64,000 nucleotides of DNA, from contig OZ024743.1 of NCBI GenBank assembly GCA_964016885.1, positions 265,670,001 through 265,734,000 on the forward strand, written 5' to 3'. Below are positions 40,204-55,886 of the stretch, in pieces; the first letter of the stretch is position 1, and every line of letters begins with the position of its first letter. A program made the translations under genes and the position numbers. The notes under the pieces were generated by a model that did not search any database, was not told the origin of the DNA, and saw nothing but the letters and a program-made list of their open reading frames with translations. The stretch is from Eledone cirrhosa (taxonomy: Eukaryota).

Positions 40204-41836
40204 TATATATATATGCATATATATATATATTTATATATATGCATATGTATGTATATATGTATATATATGTGTGTGTGACTGTGTGTGCGTGTGTGTGTCT
40301 GTGTGTATGTGTGTATGTGTGTATGTGTATATATACACTGAGATAGCGAGATAGATAAATATACATACAATGCGATAACTAACTTCTATAAGGGACCTTT
40401 TTAATCCAATGGATGTTTAGAACTATCTACATAGAAACAAAATGCACATGTCTTAACCCTGACTGCTTATCCTTGCTCGAACTCTTCATCTTTATTTGTT
40501 CTGTTTAATAAGGATGGAATGCTGACCGAAACTGGTAAAATATTAAAGAACAAAGCAAATATGCAGTACTGTATTGAGAGAGTATACAGGAAGATTTGAA
40601 GAACAATGCAAGAAAATATACAAAAGTTCACCCACAAAGATTCACAGATACAGAGTGACACAAACAGACACAAACACACACACGCGCGCACGTGAACATA
40701 CAAACACCCTCATTTACTCAAAGGAAAAGATATTCTCTATATTATAATCATTATCCGGTCTGGGGCAATATAATGCATATTTATCCGGTGTCTTTTATTG
40801 AATAGATTCCACGCATAATAATTCTTGGTTTGTTTTACGGAATGTTCTTTAGAAGTGAACATAAGAATAAAACCGAAATGATAATACATGTAGTGGTGGG
40901 TGGAATAAAGATGATGATGGTGGTGGTAGTTCTGGAGATGATGAAATATTAATAAAAACAAAGAGAGTCATAATTGATGTGTTAAGAAAACATATTCTCA
41001 ACTATATATCCTCGAACGTTACATTTATTACTTAGACAAAAAGAAAAGTAAATCTGTTATGGAAAGACAACAATAGTAATAAATAACTAAATAAATATAT
41101 AATTAAATGAACAAATGTATAAATAAATAAATACATAAATAATAATCTAACCTCTTCTCCCCAGGCTAGCATCGTTTTGAGACACTTACGTTGTTTTATG
41201 AAATACATTATGATTGGGAAGTTGAGCAAAGTTGATATCTTCCTTGTTGGGAAGAGGGGAATGAATTGTGTGGTTATGAATAAGTATGTCTTAGTCTCTC
41301 AAGTCACTCTCATGCATACTATCAACAACTATCTCTCTCACTCTCATTCTCTCTCTCATCTCTTTCTCACTCTCTCCCTACCCCCTCCGGCTCCTCTATA
41401 TGTCGATAATATAAATACAGGCAAAAATTGATATTCATTGAGATGATTAATTGAATGTGTACGTGTGCATATATATATATATATATAAATATATATATAT
41501 AAAAATATATATATATGTGTGTGTGTGCATGTGTGTGTGTAAGAGTAAGTGTGTGCGCGTGCGTGTATATATATATATATGTGTGTGCGTGTGTGTGTGT
41601 GTGTGCATACGTATTTGTGTTGTGTGTACAGAGAGTTTGTAAGTGTGAGAAGCGGATGGATGTGTTGTGGCGCGAATGTATACAAGAATGTGTGTGTGGT
41701 GGGGATGCGTGATAGATAAATAGAGAAAGAGACTATGGAAACATATATGTTTTAGTTTCATTTATATGTTTAGGTTTGTGATCTGGATGTTTGTGTGTGC
41801 GAGTGTGAGATCGAGTGTGTGATTATGTGAAGAAGT

Positions 41837-42190
41837 TTAGATCTATGTATGTGAAAGTAGCTCGAATGTTGTGTTTGCATCTGTATATGTGAGAATGTTT
41901 TGGTGTCTCTGTATGTGTACACAATCTTAGATCTATGTATGGGAAAGTGGCTCAAATTGTATGTTTACATCTGTGTATGTGAGAATGTTTTGGTGTCTGT
42001 ATGTGTATATAATCTTAGATCTATGTATTTGAACGTGACTCAAATGTTATGTTTGTATCTTTGTATTTGAGAATGTTATGGTGTCTCTGTATGTGTATAT
42101 AATCTTAGATTTATATATGAGAAAGTGGCTCGTATTATAAATTTGCGTCTGTATATGTGAGAATATGTTGGTATCTCTGTATGTGTAGAC
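41837..42190. repeat. ~89-bp minisatellite (~4 copies)
   Basis: TTAGAT(C/T)TAT recurs at 41837, 41927, 42015 and 42105, with GAGAATGTTTTGGTGTCTCTGTATGTG in each unit. Confidence 0.8.
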
Positions 42191-43118
42191 GTGTGTGTAT
42201 AATGAGTGCGATAATTTGGATGTGTGTTTCTCACAAGGTATAGAATGTGTCTGCGTGTGGGTATGTATATGTGGAATGTATGTGTATGTGTGCTTCTTAA
42301 TCACCCAGAGAAAATTATCAACCTATCATAATCGAAAAACGAAATGGTCGTATAAAAGAGGATCCATTGTAATTGCAACGACAATACATCCAAGTATTAA
42401 TTATCATTTCTATTCTATTAATGTAATTCTGCCCTTCCGCTGTCTCTCTATAAAACTGTATAACTTTGACGAAACGATGCAAAGCACATAAAACAAAACC
42501 AATCGAAATGTTATTGAATAAATATAGAAGGGAAAGAAGAAATATATAGAATAATTGAAAGCAGAAAGCTGTTAGAATATTCATATTTGGTGATCAAAAG
42601 ATGACAAGTGATCAGAGTCAGAGAAAAGTTGGGGTATAAAGAAGTACATATAAATACTAAGACAAATTACATTAAACAACATCCAGCTATGATGATTGAA
42701 ATAGAAGTTTGGTTTTGTCTTTCAATACCTGCTTTATTCTTTCTTTTCAATTGTAGCGGGTTTATATGTGTAAACAGTGACTGAAACACACACACACACA
42801 CATACACACACAGACACTCAAATACACACATATACACATGCACATCCACTCACACTCTCACACACACACATAGACACACACGTTCACAAACCCACACATA
42901 CACACACACTACCTCTCTCTCTCTTACAAACACACACACACATATATATATATAGATAGATATGTATATATATATCGTTATTTCTTAATATATATGTATA
43001 TATATATACATATATATTAAGAAATAACGAACGAAATAAAATAGAACACACACATAGACTATTTCAGCCACACACATACAAACGTATGTATATGCGTGTT
43101 TGTGTATTTGCGTGTTTG

Positions 43119-45080
<1,962 letters not shown>

Positions 45081-45114
45081 GCACTCGCACACATAAATAT
45101 ATATTATACATATG

Positions 45115-45353
45115 AAGGGCAACGATGGTTGCCGAACACTGTACGGCTACTAATTCGGGCTGTTTGTTTACAAACAAACCGAGCATTATAATAAATGTCC
45201 GGTAACCTCATACGTACATATATATATATGTGGGCATGTATGTATTTACGTATATACATACTTACTGTACATCTGTATACATTTATGTATGTACTATACA
45301 TACTTATATTTAAGTATCAGCCGTACTAAGAGTGAGAAATGGAATTTCATTTT
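45115..45353 (+). mobile_element. 5'-truncated copy of the ~445-bp HHR repeat (no HHR retained)
   Basis: AAGGGCAACGATGGTTGCCGAACACTG..CAGCCGTACTAAGAGTGAGAAATGGAATTTCAT matches 4478-4718. Confidence 0.85.
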
Positions 45354-45355
45354 CT

Positions 45356-45425
<70 letters not shown>

Positions 45426-45488
45426 GTTTTATACATAAGTACACACAATTATATCCATCCATATATTGTTATTATTATTAATATTATG

Positions 45489-45660
45489 GGGCGGTGGACT
45501 GGCAGTATCGGTTGAGGGTCGGATGCCATGCTTTGACGTATAGAGTTCAAATCCCGTCGAGTTCAAATCCCGCCGAGGTTAACTTTGCCATTCATCCTTA
45601 CAGTGTCGGTAAAATAAAGTACCAATTGCTGGCCTTGTGCCAACTTTAGAAACAATGATT
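45489..45660 (+). mobile_element. tRNA-derived SINE with duplicated B-box
   Basis: GGCGGTGGACTGGCAGTATCGG..GAGTTCAAATCCCGTC GAGTTCAAATCCCGCCGAGGTTAACTTTGCC..TAAAATAAAGTACC. Confidence 0.8.
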
Positions 45661-45689
45661 AATATTATGGTTCATATTTGTAAATCTGA

Positions 45690-47036
45690 GACACTTCAAC
45701 GTTGATGAGTCTGTGTGTTACCCTTAGTGAGCAGCCAACAACATTTCGACAAATGTCCCTCAATGTATACTTTTCTGTATCTTCCACAAAGGAGACATTC
45801 CCTAAATTGTTTGCTGTACTAAATATTGTTGTCTTCAGCATGAGCTGTACCCCTGCATCAATTCAGATTCTATACACGCACTCCTCAAAAGTGTACGATA
45901 AGCATCCCAATGCCTTGATCACCACTGGAATCTCTAAAATCATCTTTAACCATCACAACTATCCAACCTTCTCCTTCTGTAGCACATACTTCTCCTTTCC
46001 TTATGCTCTTTATCCTTCTCTCAGCAATCTCCTGGAACAAATATATCAATAATTTGTGTCTCTTCTTTTCTTCTTGTTCACAAGTAATATGCCCGGGCTT
46101 CTTGCTTCGATTATTTCACCGTATTGAATGGTGAAGTCCCACAAAAGCTTAAATTGATTATTCTCTAACACCCTTTCTAGTCTCTAATTATAACACTTAG
46201 ATGCTCTCACAACCCCACATTTCTCAAAGGTCATCTAATTGACCTACCTGGCAACATTATCCTTTCGTCTTCTGTATTCAAGCTGATCCAACTTAACATA
46301 TTCACTTAAATTATGGGTGACCGTTTCACCTTTTCTTCCACACATTCTTCGTAGTTGTAATTTTATCGTTCTGTCAACAAGATGTTTGATTTAGTTTGTT
46401 GGAAGAGGCTGCTCCTGGGTGCTGCACACCAGCCCTCCAATGTATACTTCCAGATCGCCACTTTTAAGCTACGACTAGCTATTTTCCCAATCAATGCCTA
46501 CTTTGTACCTAGTGTACTCTCCATGCATATGTTTATCCTTCCCTTCTTTTCAACTATTCTCTCTCTTCTTGCATTTATCAGCTGCTGTTACATCGGCAGA
46601 TTACAGTGCCTAGAGGTCTCTTACGTTTGAAATGATGTTACCCTGACATCTTTAAGATACCCCAAGGAAGGTTATTTCGCTTTTGACACAATTTCCACAA
46701 CTTATTAGTCTTCTCTCTCCCTTCTTTCTTCCAGGATAATGTTTACGATATCACATTTGGGTAGACATTTTTATACACTGTCATCAATTTCCTACATTTC
46801 ATAGAAATACTGTCCAATACGTTTTCTCTCTATTTAATAACTCCTGCTCCGTGGCGCAGGAGATACACGGGCCATGTATTAGTTGCCTTGATCGTTTCCT
46901 TCCGTTGAATTTAGATGACATTAAAATGTTTCACCCCCCTGGGGTGTTCTTTTCCGAACGTCTCCTTCATTTCTTTCTCTTTATCTTATCCAACTGAAAA
47001 ACTCCTAAATACATGTATACTTCCTCACCCACTTCT

Positions 47037-47037
<1 letters not shown>
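45690..47037 (-). mobile_element. Old R4/Dong-like RLE LINE 3' fragment
   Basis: Minus strand gives IKEVGEEVYMYLGV (RT domain 7), decayed thumb, Zn and RLE segments, and IPVVIKALG-like C-terminal sequence. Confidence 0.6.
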
Positions 47038-47077
<40 letters not shown>

Positions 47078-47079
<2 letters not shown>

Positions 47080-48395
47080 TTTTATTTTTGGCCACAAGAG
47101 CCGACATGTAGAGGACAATACAAAGACAAGGACAGTAAGGGTTTACCATAAGGTCGAGTAAAGGTGCACAATGGCAAGACTACTTTAACAATGAAGATAT
47201 AAAAATATAAAATAAACTATGCATAAATATAACAGAATAAATTCCCCTATAGGGGGTGGATGACCCAGGGGTGACTCAAGTACCCCACAAATCCTGAACG
47301 ACCCTGCGCTTCTAGGGCACCCAGGGAGAGCACCCCTCTCCTCAAATTAGCTAGCCTATAGGCGCAAGGTCAGATGAGGCACATTAACACGGGCCATTCT
47401 CGCCACATTCATCCACCTTTTAGCAAATGTACTGGAGCAGCACTTCTCTCTCCAACCTCATCTTCCTTTCCAGGTGAAACTTGAAGTAGTTAATGAGGGA
47501 TTGGCCGAAGAGAAAAGTCTCTGTCTGCACTCCTTTCAATCTGGTCAACCATATAACCTCTTTCGCAACTGCCAGCAGACGGTGGAAAATTGCCTGCTCT
47601 TCCTGACCAAAAGTGGGCGGCGGGTCGATCTTCATTATGGACTCGGCCGATAGCCGGATCCGTTCCACGCGAGACAGTAGCTGTTCGACATAACTCTATA
47701 AGTCAGTAATGCACGGACATTGGACAAGTGCGTGCAGAACGGGTATGTCGTTCTGTGCGAATCTTGGGAAGGTCCGTCTGTCAGCACTTCTGTGCCTGTA
47801 GAGTTTTTCCCGAACCGGCAGTGCCCTCTGGTAGCACTGCCAAGCGAGGGATTTCTGGAAATTGTCCATCGTCCCCGGCTCGAAAGTCCTCCGATACAGA
47901 CTGGTCAGTTCGACTTCGTCGAGGCCTAAAGCTTCTCCGAGTGCGTCGTCGCACTTTCCCACCACTAATCCTCTATAGAACTCGAGAGTGGAAGTTCCAC
48001 TGATCGCATTGCCCGCTTGGTAGAGGGCAGTGAGTGCCTGACAACATTCCAGGTGCCAGTCACCCAGTCTCGGTCTCTTCTTGACCCACGACAGCAGCTC
48101 AGTCAAAGAAACGAGCTGCGGAAAGGCCCGTCTGATAAACGGTGACCACACCTGTTCACCGTTTAGGCAGAATAACTGAAGATGTCGCAGCCTCAGCTCA
48201 TATCTGCGCATCATTAGCCACAGCATACCAAGCCCTCCGCGTAGAGGGTGCTGGCAGCAGATGGACCGCCTCAACATCGGAATTTGTCTTCTCCACAAGA
48301 ATTTGAAGAGGAGCCGTTCCAACTTAACGAGGCGCCTACGGGGGCAAATCACGACGATCAGGCGGTAGTAGATGACGGATGTGTTGTACACATTC
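47078..48395 (-). mobile_element. 5'-truncated Tx1 (second subfamily) flanked by (TAA)n
   Basis: ORFs at 47696-48397 and 47420-47668 are homologous to the Tx1 ORF2 C-terminus; distinct 3' UTR. (TAA)n at 47038-47077 and 48396-48424. Confidence 0.88.
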
Positions 48396-48422
48396 AATAA
48401 TAATAATGCTAATAATAATAAT

Positions 48423-48902
48423 AAACAGACCGAAAAATAGATGCAAATAGACCTGATATAATATTGAAGGACTTTAAAAAGAGGCTATTCCTGCTAATTG
48501 ATATGTCCGTTCCAATAGACAAGAATGTATTTATAAAACCATTTGAAAAATTGAGCAAGTATAAGGACCGGGAGATAGAAATTGGAAAAATGTGGAAATT
48601 GAGAACTAAAACAATACCAGTGGTTGTAGGCGCTCTAGGAATGATACCTAAGGGGTCTAATGATTACTTATCGCAAATCGCAGGAAACCCGCGTATAGGA
48701 GAAATACAAAAGATAGTACTAATGGGAACTGCCCATATACTAAGGAAGATTCTGTCAATATAAGTACATCACAAGTCTAAACACTAAAGATGCATGTGTG
48801 AGTATGTATGTTATTTCGTGAACATGGCGGACCTTATGTCTCTTGAGGTCACTGGCTGTGACTTGGTGATAACTCGTATGAACATAAAGCAAGATAAATG
48901 CA
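48423..48902 (+). mobile_element. 5'-truncated copy of R4/Dong family A (RLE end plus 3' UTR)
   Basis: Near-identical to ~60297-60777; (TAA)n on both sides. Confidence 0.92.
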
Positions 48903-49173
48903 GCTGTAATAATAATAATAATAAGGTTTTCTTTATTAACCACAAGGGTTTACATACAGTAGACATTAAGGACAGTTCAGGACAATACAGGACGGTACAA
49001 ATGGGCATTTCTGCGTGTAGAAAACAAAAACAGAGGATGTAACAAAAAATAACAATGAAAAATTCACCGATAGGGGGAGATTTCGGAGGGACATTTGTGG
49101 AGAAAGCCCAGTAAAAGGCCACGGTGACCCTGACCACCAAGGCAAGTACCTCTCCCAGTTTTCCACTTTTAAT

Positions 49174-52100
49174 TTACAGATACGTACTCAGAGTAGGCCA
49201 ATTCACTCGGGCCATTCTTGCTTCTCTCAACCATCTTTCAACAAGATGCTGGGAAGAGACCACTTCCCTCTCTACTCTGATTTCCCTTTTCAAATGAAAT
49301 TTGAAAAAGTCAATCAGGGCATCACCGAAGAGGTAAGTGCTCGTCTTCAACCCTTTCAAACGTGTCTACCATACTATCTCTTTCGCCATGGCCACCAGAC
49401 AGATAAAAACTGCCTGCCCTTCCCAGCTATAGGAAGAGGGTGGGGCAATCCTCACAATGGACTCAGATGATAGTCGGATCCGTCCTACACGCGACAGCAG
49501 GCGTTCGACATAAACCCACAAGTCAGCAATTTTCGGACACTGGACGAGTGCGTGCAGGACGGTTTCGTCTCCCTGCGCGCATCTCGGACATGCCCGGCTG
49601 ACGGCACCTCCATGCCTGTAGAGTTTATCCCGAACTGGCAAGGCTCCTCGGTAGCACTGCCAGGCCAGAGATTTCTGGAAGTTGTCCATAGGTCCCGGCC
49701 CGAAAGTTCTTCCGAAGAGATTGGCTAGTTGATTTTCGTCGACGCCTATAGTTTCCCCAAGTACGTCGTCGCTCTTCCCCTCCACTAATCCTCTATAGAA
49801 CGCCGAGGTGGAGTTTCCACCGATCACATTGCCCGATTGGTCGAGGGCTGTGAGCGCCTGAAGACATTCCAGACTCCAGGCGCTCGCTCTCGGTTTCGCT
49901 TGACCCAGGACTGCAGCTCCGTCATGGAAACGAGATGGGAAATACGTGTCTAGCAAACGGCGACTCCACCTGATCACCGTCGAGGAAGAGGTGGAGATGT
50001 CGTAGCCTGAGTGCGTGTCTGCACATCATCAGCCACGGCATGACCAGCCCTCCACGTAGCGGGTGTTGACAGCAGATGGACCTCCTGACCATTGGAGCGC
50101 GTCCCTTCCACAAAAAGCGAAAGAGCAAACGCTCCAGCGCAGTCAGGTGGGGCTTTGGACAAGGTACGACGGTCAGGCGGTAGTAGATGACGGACGCGAT
50201 GTACGCGTGAGCCACCTCCGCTCAACCTTTCAGGAATAGCTTCCTCTCCGCCCATTTCTGGGTGATAGAAGCCACCCTGCTCGTCACCTCGTCCCAGTTT
50301 GTGTCCGTCTGGAGGTCCGAATCAGACGCCTAGCAATTTAACCGGTCCGTCCGTCCAGCGCCCGACGACACTGTTGGACGGCATGGACCTGCCTCTCCAG
50401 GTGCCGAGCTGCAGGCCCACTGACTTTTCCTGGTTGATCATTGCTCCTGTCACTCGTATTCTCTTAGTGTAGTGCCGATCGCCTCGTTTGTGTTTGGCGT
50501 TCGACACTACTACGGTGACATCGTCCGCATATGCTGACACGGATCTTCCGCATCCTAGTTCGCTCGGTACGCCCCTCAACGTCTCCAGTTTGTGCAGTAA
50601 TGGCTCGAGAGTCAATACGTACAAGAGGGACGAGAGGGGACATCCTTGGCGGACCAAGCGCATGATGTTTGACGGTTCCGAAAGGTGACCGTTCACTCTC
50701 ACCACAGAGCAGATGTCGCTGTGCATGGCAGAGATCGAGCCTCTGAAGACGGGCCCAAAGCCAGCTGCCCTCAGGACTGCCGCTAGGTAACGATGGTCTA
50801 GCCTATCGAAAGCTTTTGACTGGTCTAAATTGATCAAGGACCCAGCCGTGCCAGGTTCCCTAGCTACCCTCTCTACGATGTATCGCATGAGGTGGAGGTT
50901 GTCATGGATGGATCTGTCGGGAATGGCGCACGTCTGCGCCTCTCCCAACAGACCACCAACGACAAGCGCCAAACTCTTTGCTAGCACCTTGGCTAAAATC
51001 TGTGTTTAGCAGAGTTATGGGCCTAAAATTATCTATGTTATCCCCCCTGTTCGGATCCTTTCTCACCAGCGCCACAGCTCCTCGGCTCACAGAGCTAGGA
51101 ATTCTCCCGTCCTGTTGCCGGTTGCAGTTGACGTCCGCCAAGAGGCCCCCGAACAAGTCTAGCATCTGTACGTAAAGTTCATAGGGCAGACCATCAAAAC
51201 CAGGCGATTTACCCCTTGCGCAGCCAATCATTGCCTCCCGTACTTCAGCGGCTGTTATCGGCTTTTCGCAACACCCCGCCTCAGTGGCCGAGAGCCGCGG
51301 CAGTCCGTCGAGGTAAACACTAGAGTCCATCCCTCGATCCGGCCCGCCGTTGCCCCCGAACAGCTGTGCGAAGTATCGCTGAAAAGCTTCACACATTTGC
51401 CCGGGATCGAGTAGCATGCGCCCGTCGTGGTCCACCAAAGACCGGATCGTGGCTTTGTTGCCACGACGCTCCTCCGCCACTCGGGCCCATTGAACGGCTT
51501 TCGTCCCCTCGTGTATGAGAGCACGCACCCTAGCTCTCACAACGCAGCCTTCGTGCTTTGCATTGAAGAATTGGTCAAGGGCAAATTTCGCCTCGTCTAA
51601 TTTTCAAACTGATTCTCCCTCTGCTCTCTTTTTCTCTATAGCTAAAGCCTTACTAATCCTCATGGACTCTATTCTAATTGCTCTTTTCAGAGCAAACCAC
51701 CACTTGTTGTTGATGATGGCCCCCGTCAACGCTCGCTTAACTAGTTCGCTAATCGGGTCTCTGTAGGCCTTGCGCGTTGGTAAGGACGCGTTTAGCTTCC
51801 AGTAGCCGGGTCCTCGTCTATGAAGCCTATCTAAGTCAAGTACACAGATCACGAATTTGTGGTCCGTGTAGCTGACTATCTTGAATTGTGGACAGCCTAT
51901 GCTAGACCTATCTATTTCCCTACAAAATACTCTATCTAGATATGATCTGGATGACCCTATGCGATTTGTCCAAGTCCACATTGGCACATTCGGGAAATCC
52001 AATCGGTACCTGTCAGACAGTTCAAAACGCATGATCAGGTTGGTGAGACTCTTGCACCCTCCTCCCCTATTCGCTAATCCCACACAGTACCAGCGTGCAT

Positions 52101-52539
52101 CTAAGATCCCGTTCCAGTGGCCCACTAACACTAAAGAGAGGGACGTTCCAAGAAAGGTCTCCAGACTCCGGAAGAAATCAGACCGCCCTGGTCCTGTCGG
52201 GGCATAGACGGCTACTAGCCTGAAAGATTGCCCGTCTCTGCTGGTCACGTCCAGCACCACCAACTTACCTTCTGGGTCCAGGAAGATGGCCCGTATGGCA
52301 AGATTCAAACCTCTCCGAAAAAGCACAGCAACTCCTCCCCCTGATCCCGGACGGCTGGGAGATGCGTACACATCGTAGCCGCCGAAGATCGGTGCGAAGG
52401 CCCGTGCTTCGGAGATTCTGGTCTCGCTGATGGCCACTACATCTATGTTTAGTGACCTGAGGTCGTTGAGCAGGTGGCCCTGCTTCCATGACGACCCCAA
52501 GCCACGCGCATTTATGCTGCCTATTCTGAGTGAGGTCAT
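49174..52539 (-). pseudogene. Tx1 ORF2 (APE endonuclease, RT, CCHC), frameshifted
   Basis: MTSLRIGSINARGL..VAISET..YLDRVF..YTDH; GKSPGFDGLPYE; NFRPITLLN; LDQSKAFDR; VRQGCPLS; AYADD; CPRCAQGDETVLHALVQC. Confidence 0.9.
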
Positions 52540-52572
52540 GTTGAAATGGAGTGAAAAAGATGGGAAAGACCA

Positions 52573-54140
52573 CTTACCTTACTTCTCGTAGAGGAAGGAC
52601 GGTTTCTCCATCCTTTTCACTGCTTGTGGACTCCTCAGGAAGGATGTCCTTATAAATCTTCCTGGAGAGTGCTTGTCGGAAGTCTCCGATGTCTTTGGTG
52701 AATTTTTGTTTCAGTGTCATGTATGTTTTCTGTGTGATGCGATTGATTTGTATGTGTGGAGGTGGTGTGAACTTTTGGGTTGTTGTGTAGTCTTTTTCTG
52801 TGATGCTGGTGTTGTGTTGGATGTAGTGTAATAATTGTTGTTCAAATCTAATGCTGTGTAGTGTGTATCGTTTTGGTTGTTTTGTTTTGTTTGTGTTTGT
52901 TGTGGGTTTGTTTATGTTTCGCTTTTTGCTGATTTTGTGGTGTAGGTGATGTGGGTGTTGGGGTTAATGATGGTGATGGTGTTGGTGTTTGGGGTGATGG
53001 GGTTGGTGATGCTGGTGTGGATGGTCGCATATCTGTCCTAACTTTTTGGTTGATAGTTTATTTGTTTCCCTCGGTATTTTGTTTTTGGAGGAGGAAGGAA
53101 GTGAATTTTTTTCTTTTTTGGTTCCTTTTTTTCTTTTTTCCTGATACCGTTTCCCACTCCTCGTCGTCACAATCTGTCTCCAGTTGTGATAGGCCGGGGA
53201 GTGGAAAATCCTCCACAGGAGTTAGTTTTGGTTGTGGCGTGGTGGGTGGTGTAGAGGCTGGTGCTAGTCTTGGCGCGTTGAGTGGTGGGGGTGTTGGTGT
53301 TGCTACTGTTACTGGGGTTGTTGCTGTTACAGTTGCTTCTGTTGTTGCTGCTACAGTTGTTGCTGCCATTTCTACTGCTGGTGGTGTTGATGGTTGAGTC
53401 ACTGGGGTGGGTAGGAGAGGTGGCCTCAACCTTTTAGCCTGAGGGCAGAAAGCCCTTAGGTGGGTTCCTTCACCGCAAACGACACACCTAGGCCTTCTGC
53501 CCTTGACAATTACGGTGAGGTGGCAGCCGTCAGTGAGGTCTATTACCTCTGGGATCTCCTCACTGCTTTTTTGGTCCGCTTGGATCAGGAGCTCCATCCG
53601 AGATCCGGACCAGTTCTCCTGCTTTTCTTTCGCTATTTCGATTATCTTGGTGTTGGCTTCGATGGCGACGAGGACGGCAGATATTAGCCAGGGAATTTCG
53701 ATGGCCGGTGGAACGTGGGTGACCCTGATCTTCACGAGTCTCTGGCCACAATAGCTTGGGACGTGTGTGAAGTCGTCACTTCCTAATGGGGCCATGGAGT
53801 GTTCTCTAGCTTCCTGTGGTGTTTCAAAGAACACGTCCACGGTTCCATACTTCTGCCCACGTCCGATGTGGATTTTCTTTGCCCACACATGTCCCAAAGC
53901 CTTTTGGATTTGGGACTCGGATGCCCGTTCCACTCGGCGCGATCTTATATTAATTATTCGATAAGACACAGTGCATAGGCGCCGATTCTCCATGTTATTA
54001 GGTGTGTGTGTGGGGGGGGGCTGACCCTGTACCCATCTTTCTTTACCATTTTTGGGGCTTCTTCTAATTCCTCCTGAGTTACCTGAAATGCTTCGCAATG
54101 TTTTGCTACTCTGGCAAAACTCAGGGTGTTTTCTTAATTT

Positions 54141-54171
<31 letters not shown>

Positions 54172-54548
54172 ATCATTATTTTTGTTGTTGTTAATTTTAG
54201 TTTCAGTTGTGTTGGTGGTGGCGTCAGTGGTGTTCGGTGTGGAAGAGTTCATTTTGGTTGGATTCATTTCGATATCCCGAGTTAATTTATTTTTTCTGTT
54301 GTTTCTGTTGTGGTGGTGGGGGTGGGGGTGGGGGTTGTCGCGGTGGTGGTGGTCGTGGCGGCTTTAACACCTGCAGTCATTGGTAATGGAGGGACATTAA
54401 TGTCTGCCTGAGACAAATTTAAAATATTGCTACTGCTTATATTTTTAGTGTATGCAAACGTAGTAATATTTACAACGGTGCTGTTGGTGTGAGGTGTTAG
54501 TTTGTGAGGAAGGCTCTCAGCTGCTTGGTGCAGAGATGAGTCAGCCAT
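52573..54548 (-). pseudogene. Tx1 ORF1 (nucleic-acid-binding, CCHC knuckle), frameshifted
   Basis: MADSSLHQ.. start at 54548; 372-aa piece with RRPRCVVCGEGTHLRAFC; Thr/Pro-rich linkers; ends ..LPLREVR*. Confidence 0.8.
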
Positions 54549-54773
54549 GATTTTTTCAAAGAAATTTTTGACAATAATAAAAGTTTAAATTTGGGGCACA
54601 AGGCCCCATTTTTTTTACTGTCCTTTTCAGAAAACAATGTATGTGCACTTAAATACAGTTGACAATAAAAATTTTCCATAAATGGCAATTTTAAACAACT
54701 GAAAATAACAAACCTTTGCGGAGCTCACGATGATACGATTTACTACGTAGGACGCCAATAATAATAATAATAA

Positions 54774-55831
54774 ATGGATAGGAAGACTAGGAAGCTAATG
54801 ACTATCTACAATATGTTACACAAGAGGCGTGATGTCGATAGACTCTACTTAAAGAGAGCTGAAGGTGGAAGAGGTCTTATTAGCATAGAGGACTGTCTTC
54901 AGATGGAGAAAAATAACCTGCACAGTAGCTGACAGTAGGGAGCCAATGCTCAAAATTGTACTGAAGGCGAAGACAATAGACCAGGGGAAGTCCAAGGAGG
55001 AAATAATAAGGAAGAAGAGCAACCGTCATGAAAAAATCACTTCATGGCACCTTCTTTAAGAAAACGGAATTTAGAGATCCACAGACATGGAAATGGTTAA
55101 AAAGATGTGACCTTTAAAAAGCTACAGAAGGAATGCTAATGGCTGCGCAAGAGCAAGCCCTCAGAACGAAGTGGGTGAAACACCATGTTGACAAGGAGGA
55201 GGCTAGCTAACTGTGTAGGATCTGTGGAGAGAGCGAGGAGACTGTGGTTTCACATTGTATTCGACTCACTATAAAGGCTGGAGACATAATGTGATGGGCA
55301 GGGTGATCCACTGGCACCTATGCAAAGTAAACAATTTACCACACTCTGGGAAGTGGTATGAGCATAAGCCAGAGTCGGTGATAGAAAACGATCAGGTGAA
55401 GGTGCTATGGGATTTTAGGATACAGACGGACAAGAAACTGGAAAACAATAGATCTGACCTGGTGGTTTTGGACAAGGAAAAAGATCGTGCCTGATTGTAG
55501 ATGTAGCCTGCCCATTTGACACGAGAGTGCAAGAAAAGGAGAGGGAGAAAATTAACCGATACCAGGACTTAAAAGGGGAGATAAAAAGGATTTGGAACTG
55601 CCATGAAGTCAGAGTCGTTCCGATTGTCATAGGCGCACTAGGTACTATCTCAAAGAGTTTCCAAGAATGGTTAAAGAAAATTAGTCCGCTTTTGGGAAAA
55701 CTTCAAAAGGCATGCTTGCTGGGAATAGCAAGAACCCTCCGATACGTCCTGAATATCTGAGGCAGCAGGTAGCGGCTTGATATTTATTTCAACAAACTTT
55801 CCAGTTAAATAACATAAATGAATGAGACTCA
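54774..55831 (+). mobile_element. 5'-truncated R4/Dong LINE (thumb, Zn finger, RLE, 3' UTR) between TAA tracts
   Basis: MDRKTRKLMTIYNMLH..DRLYLKRAEGGRGL; AAQEQAL; CRICGE..H; LWDFRIQTDKKLENNRSDL; VVPIVIGALG. Tail (TAA)n at 55832-55886. Confidence 0.88.

Positions 55832-55886
<55 letters not shown>

Larger units (their letters stand above)
48925..54756 (-). mobile_element. L1/Tx1-clade LINE, full-length, frameshifted
   Basis: 5' end GGCGTCCTACGTAG, ORF1, ORF2 and 3' UTR with AATAAA. (TAA)n at 48907-48924 and 54757-54773. Confidence 0.92.

Noticed and set aside
42974-43030. TCGTTATTTCTTAATATA..TATATTAAGAAATAACGA palindrome
   Set aside because: A short fold-back around (TA)n, consistent with slippage or an element-end scar; no further structure.
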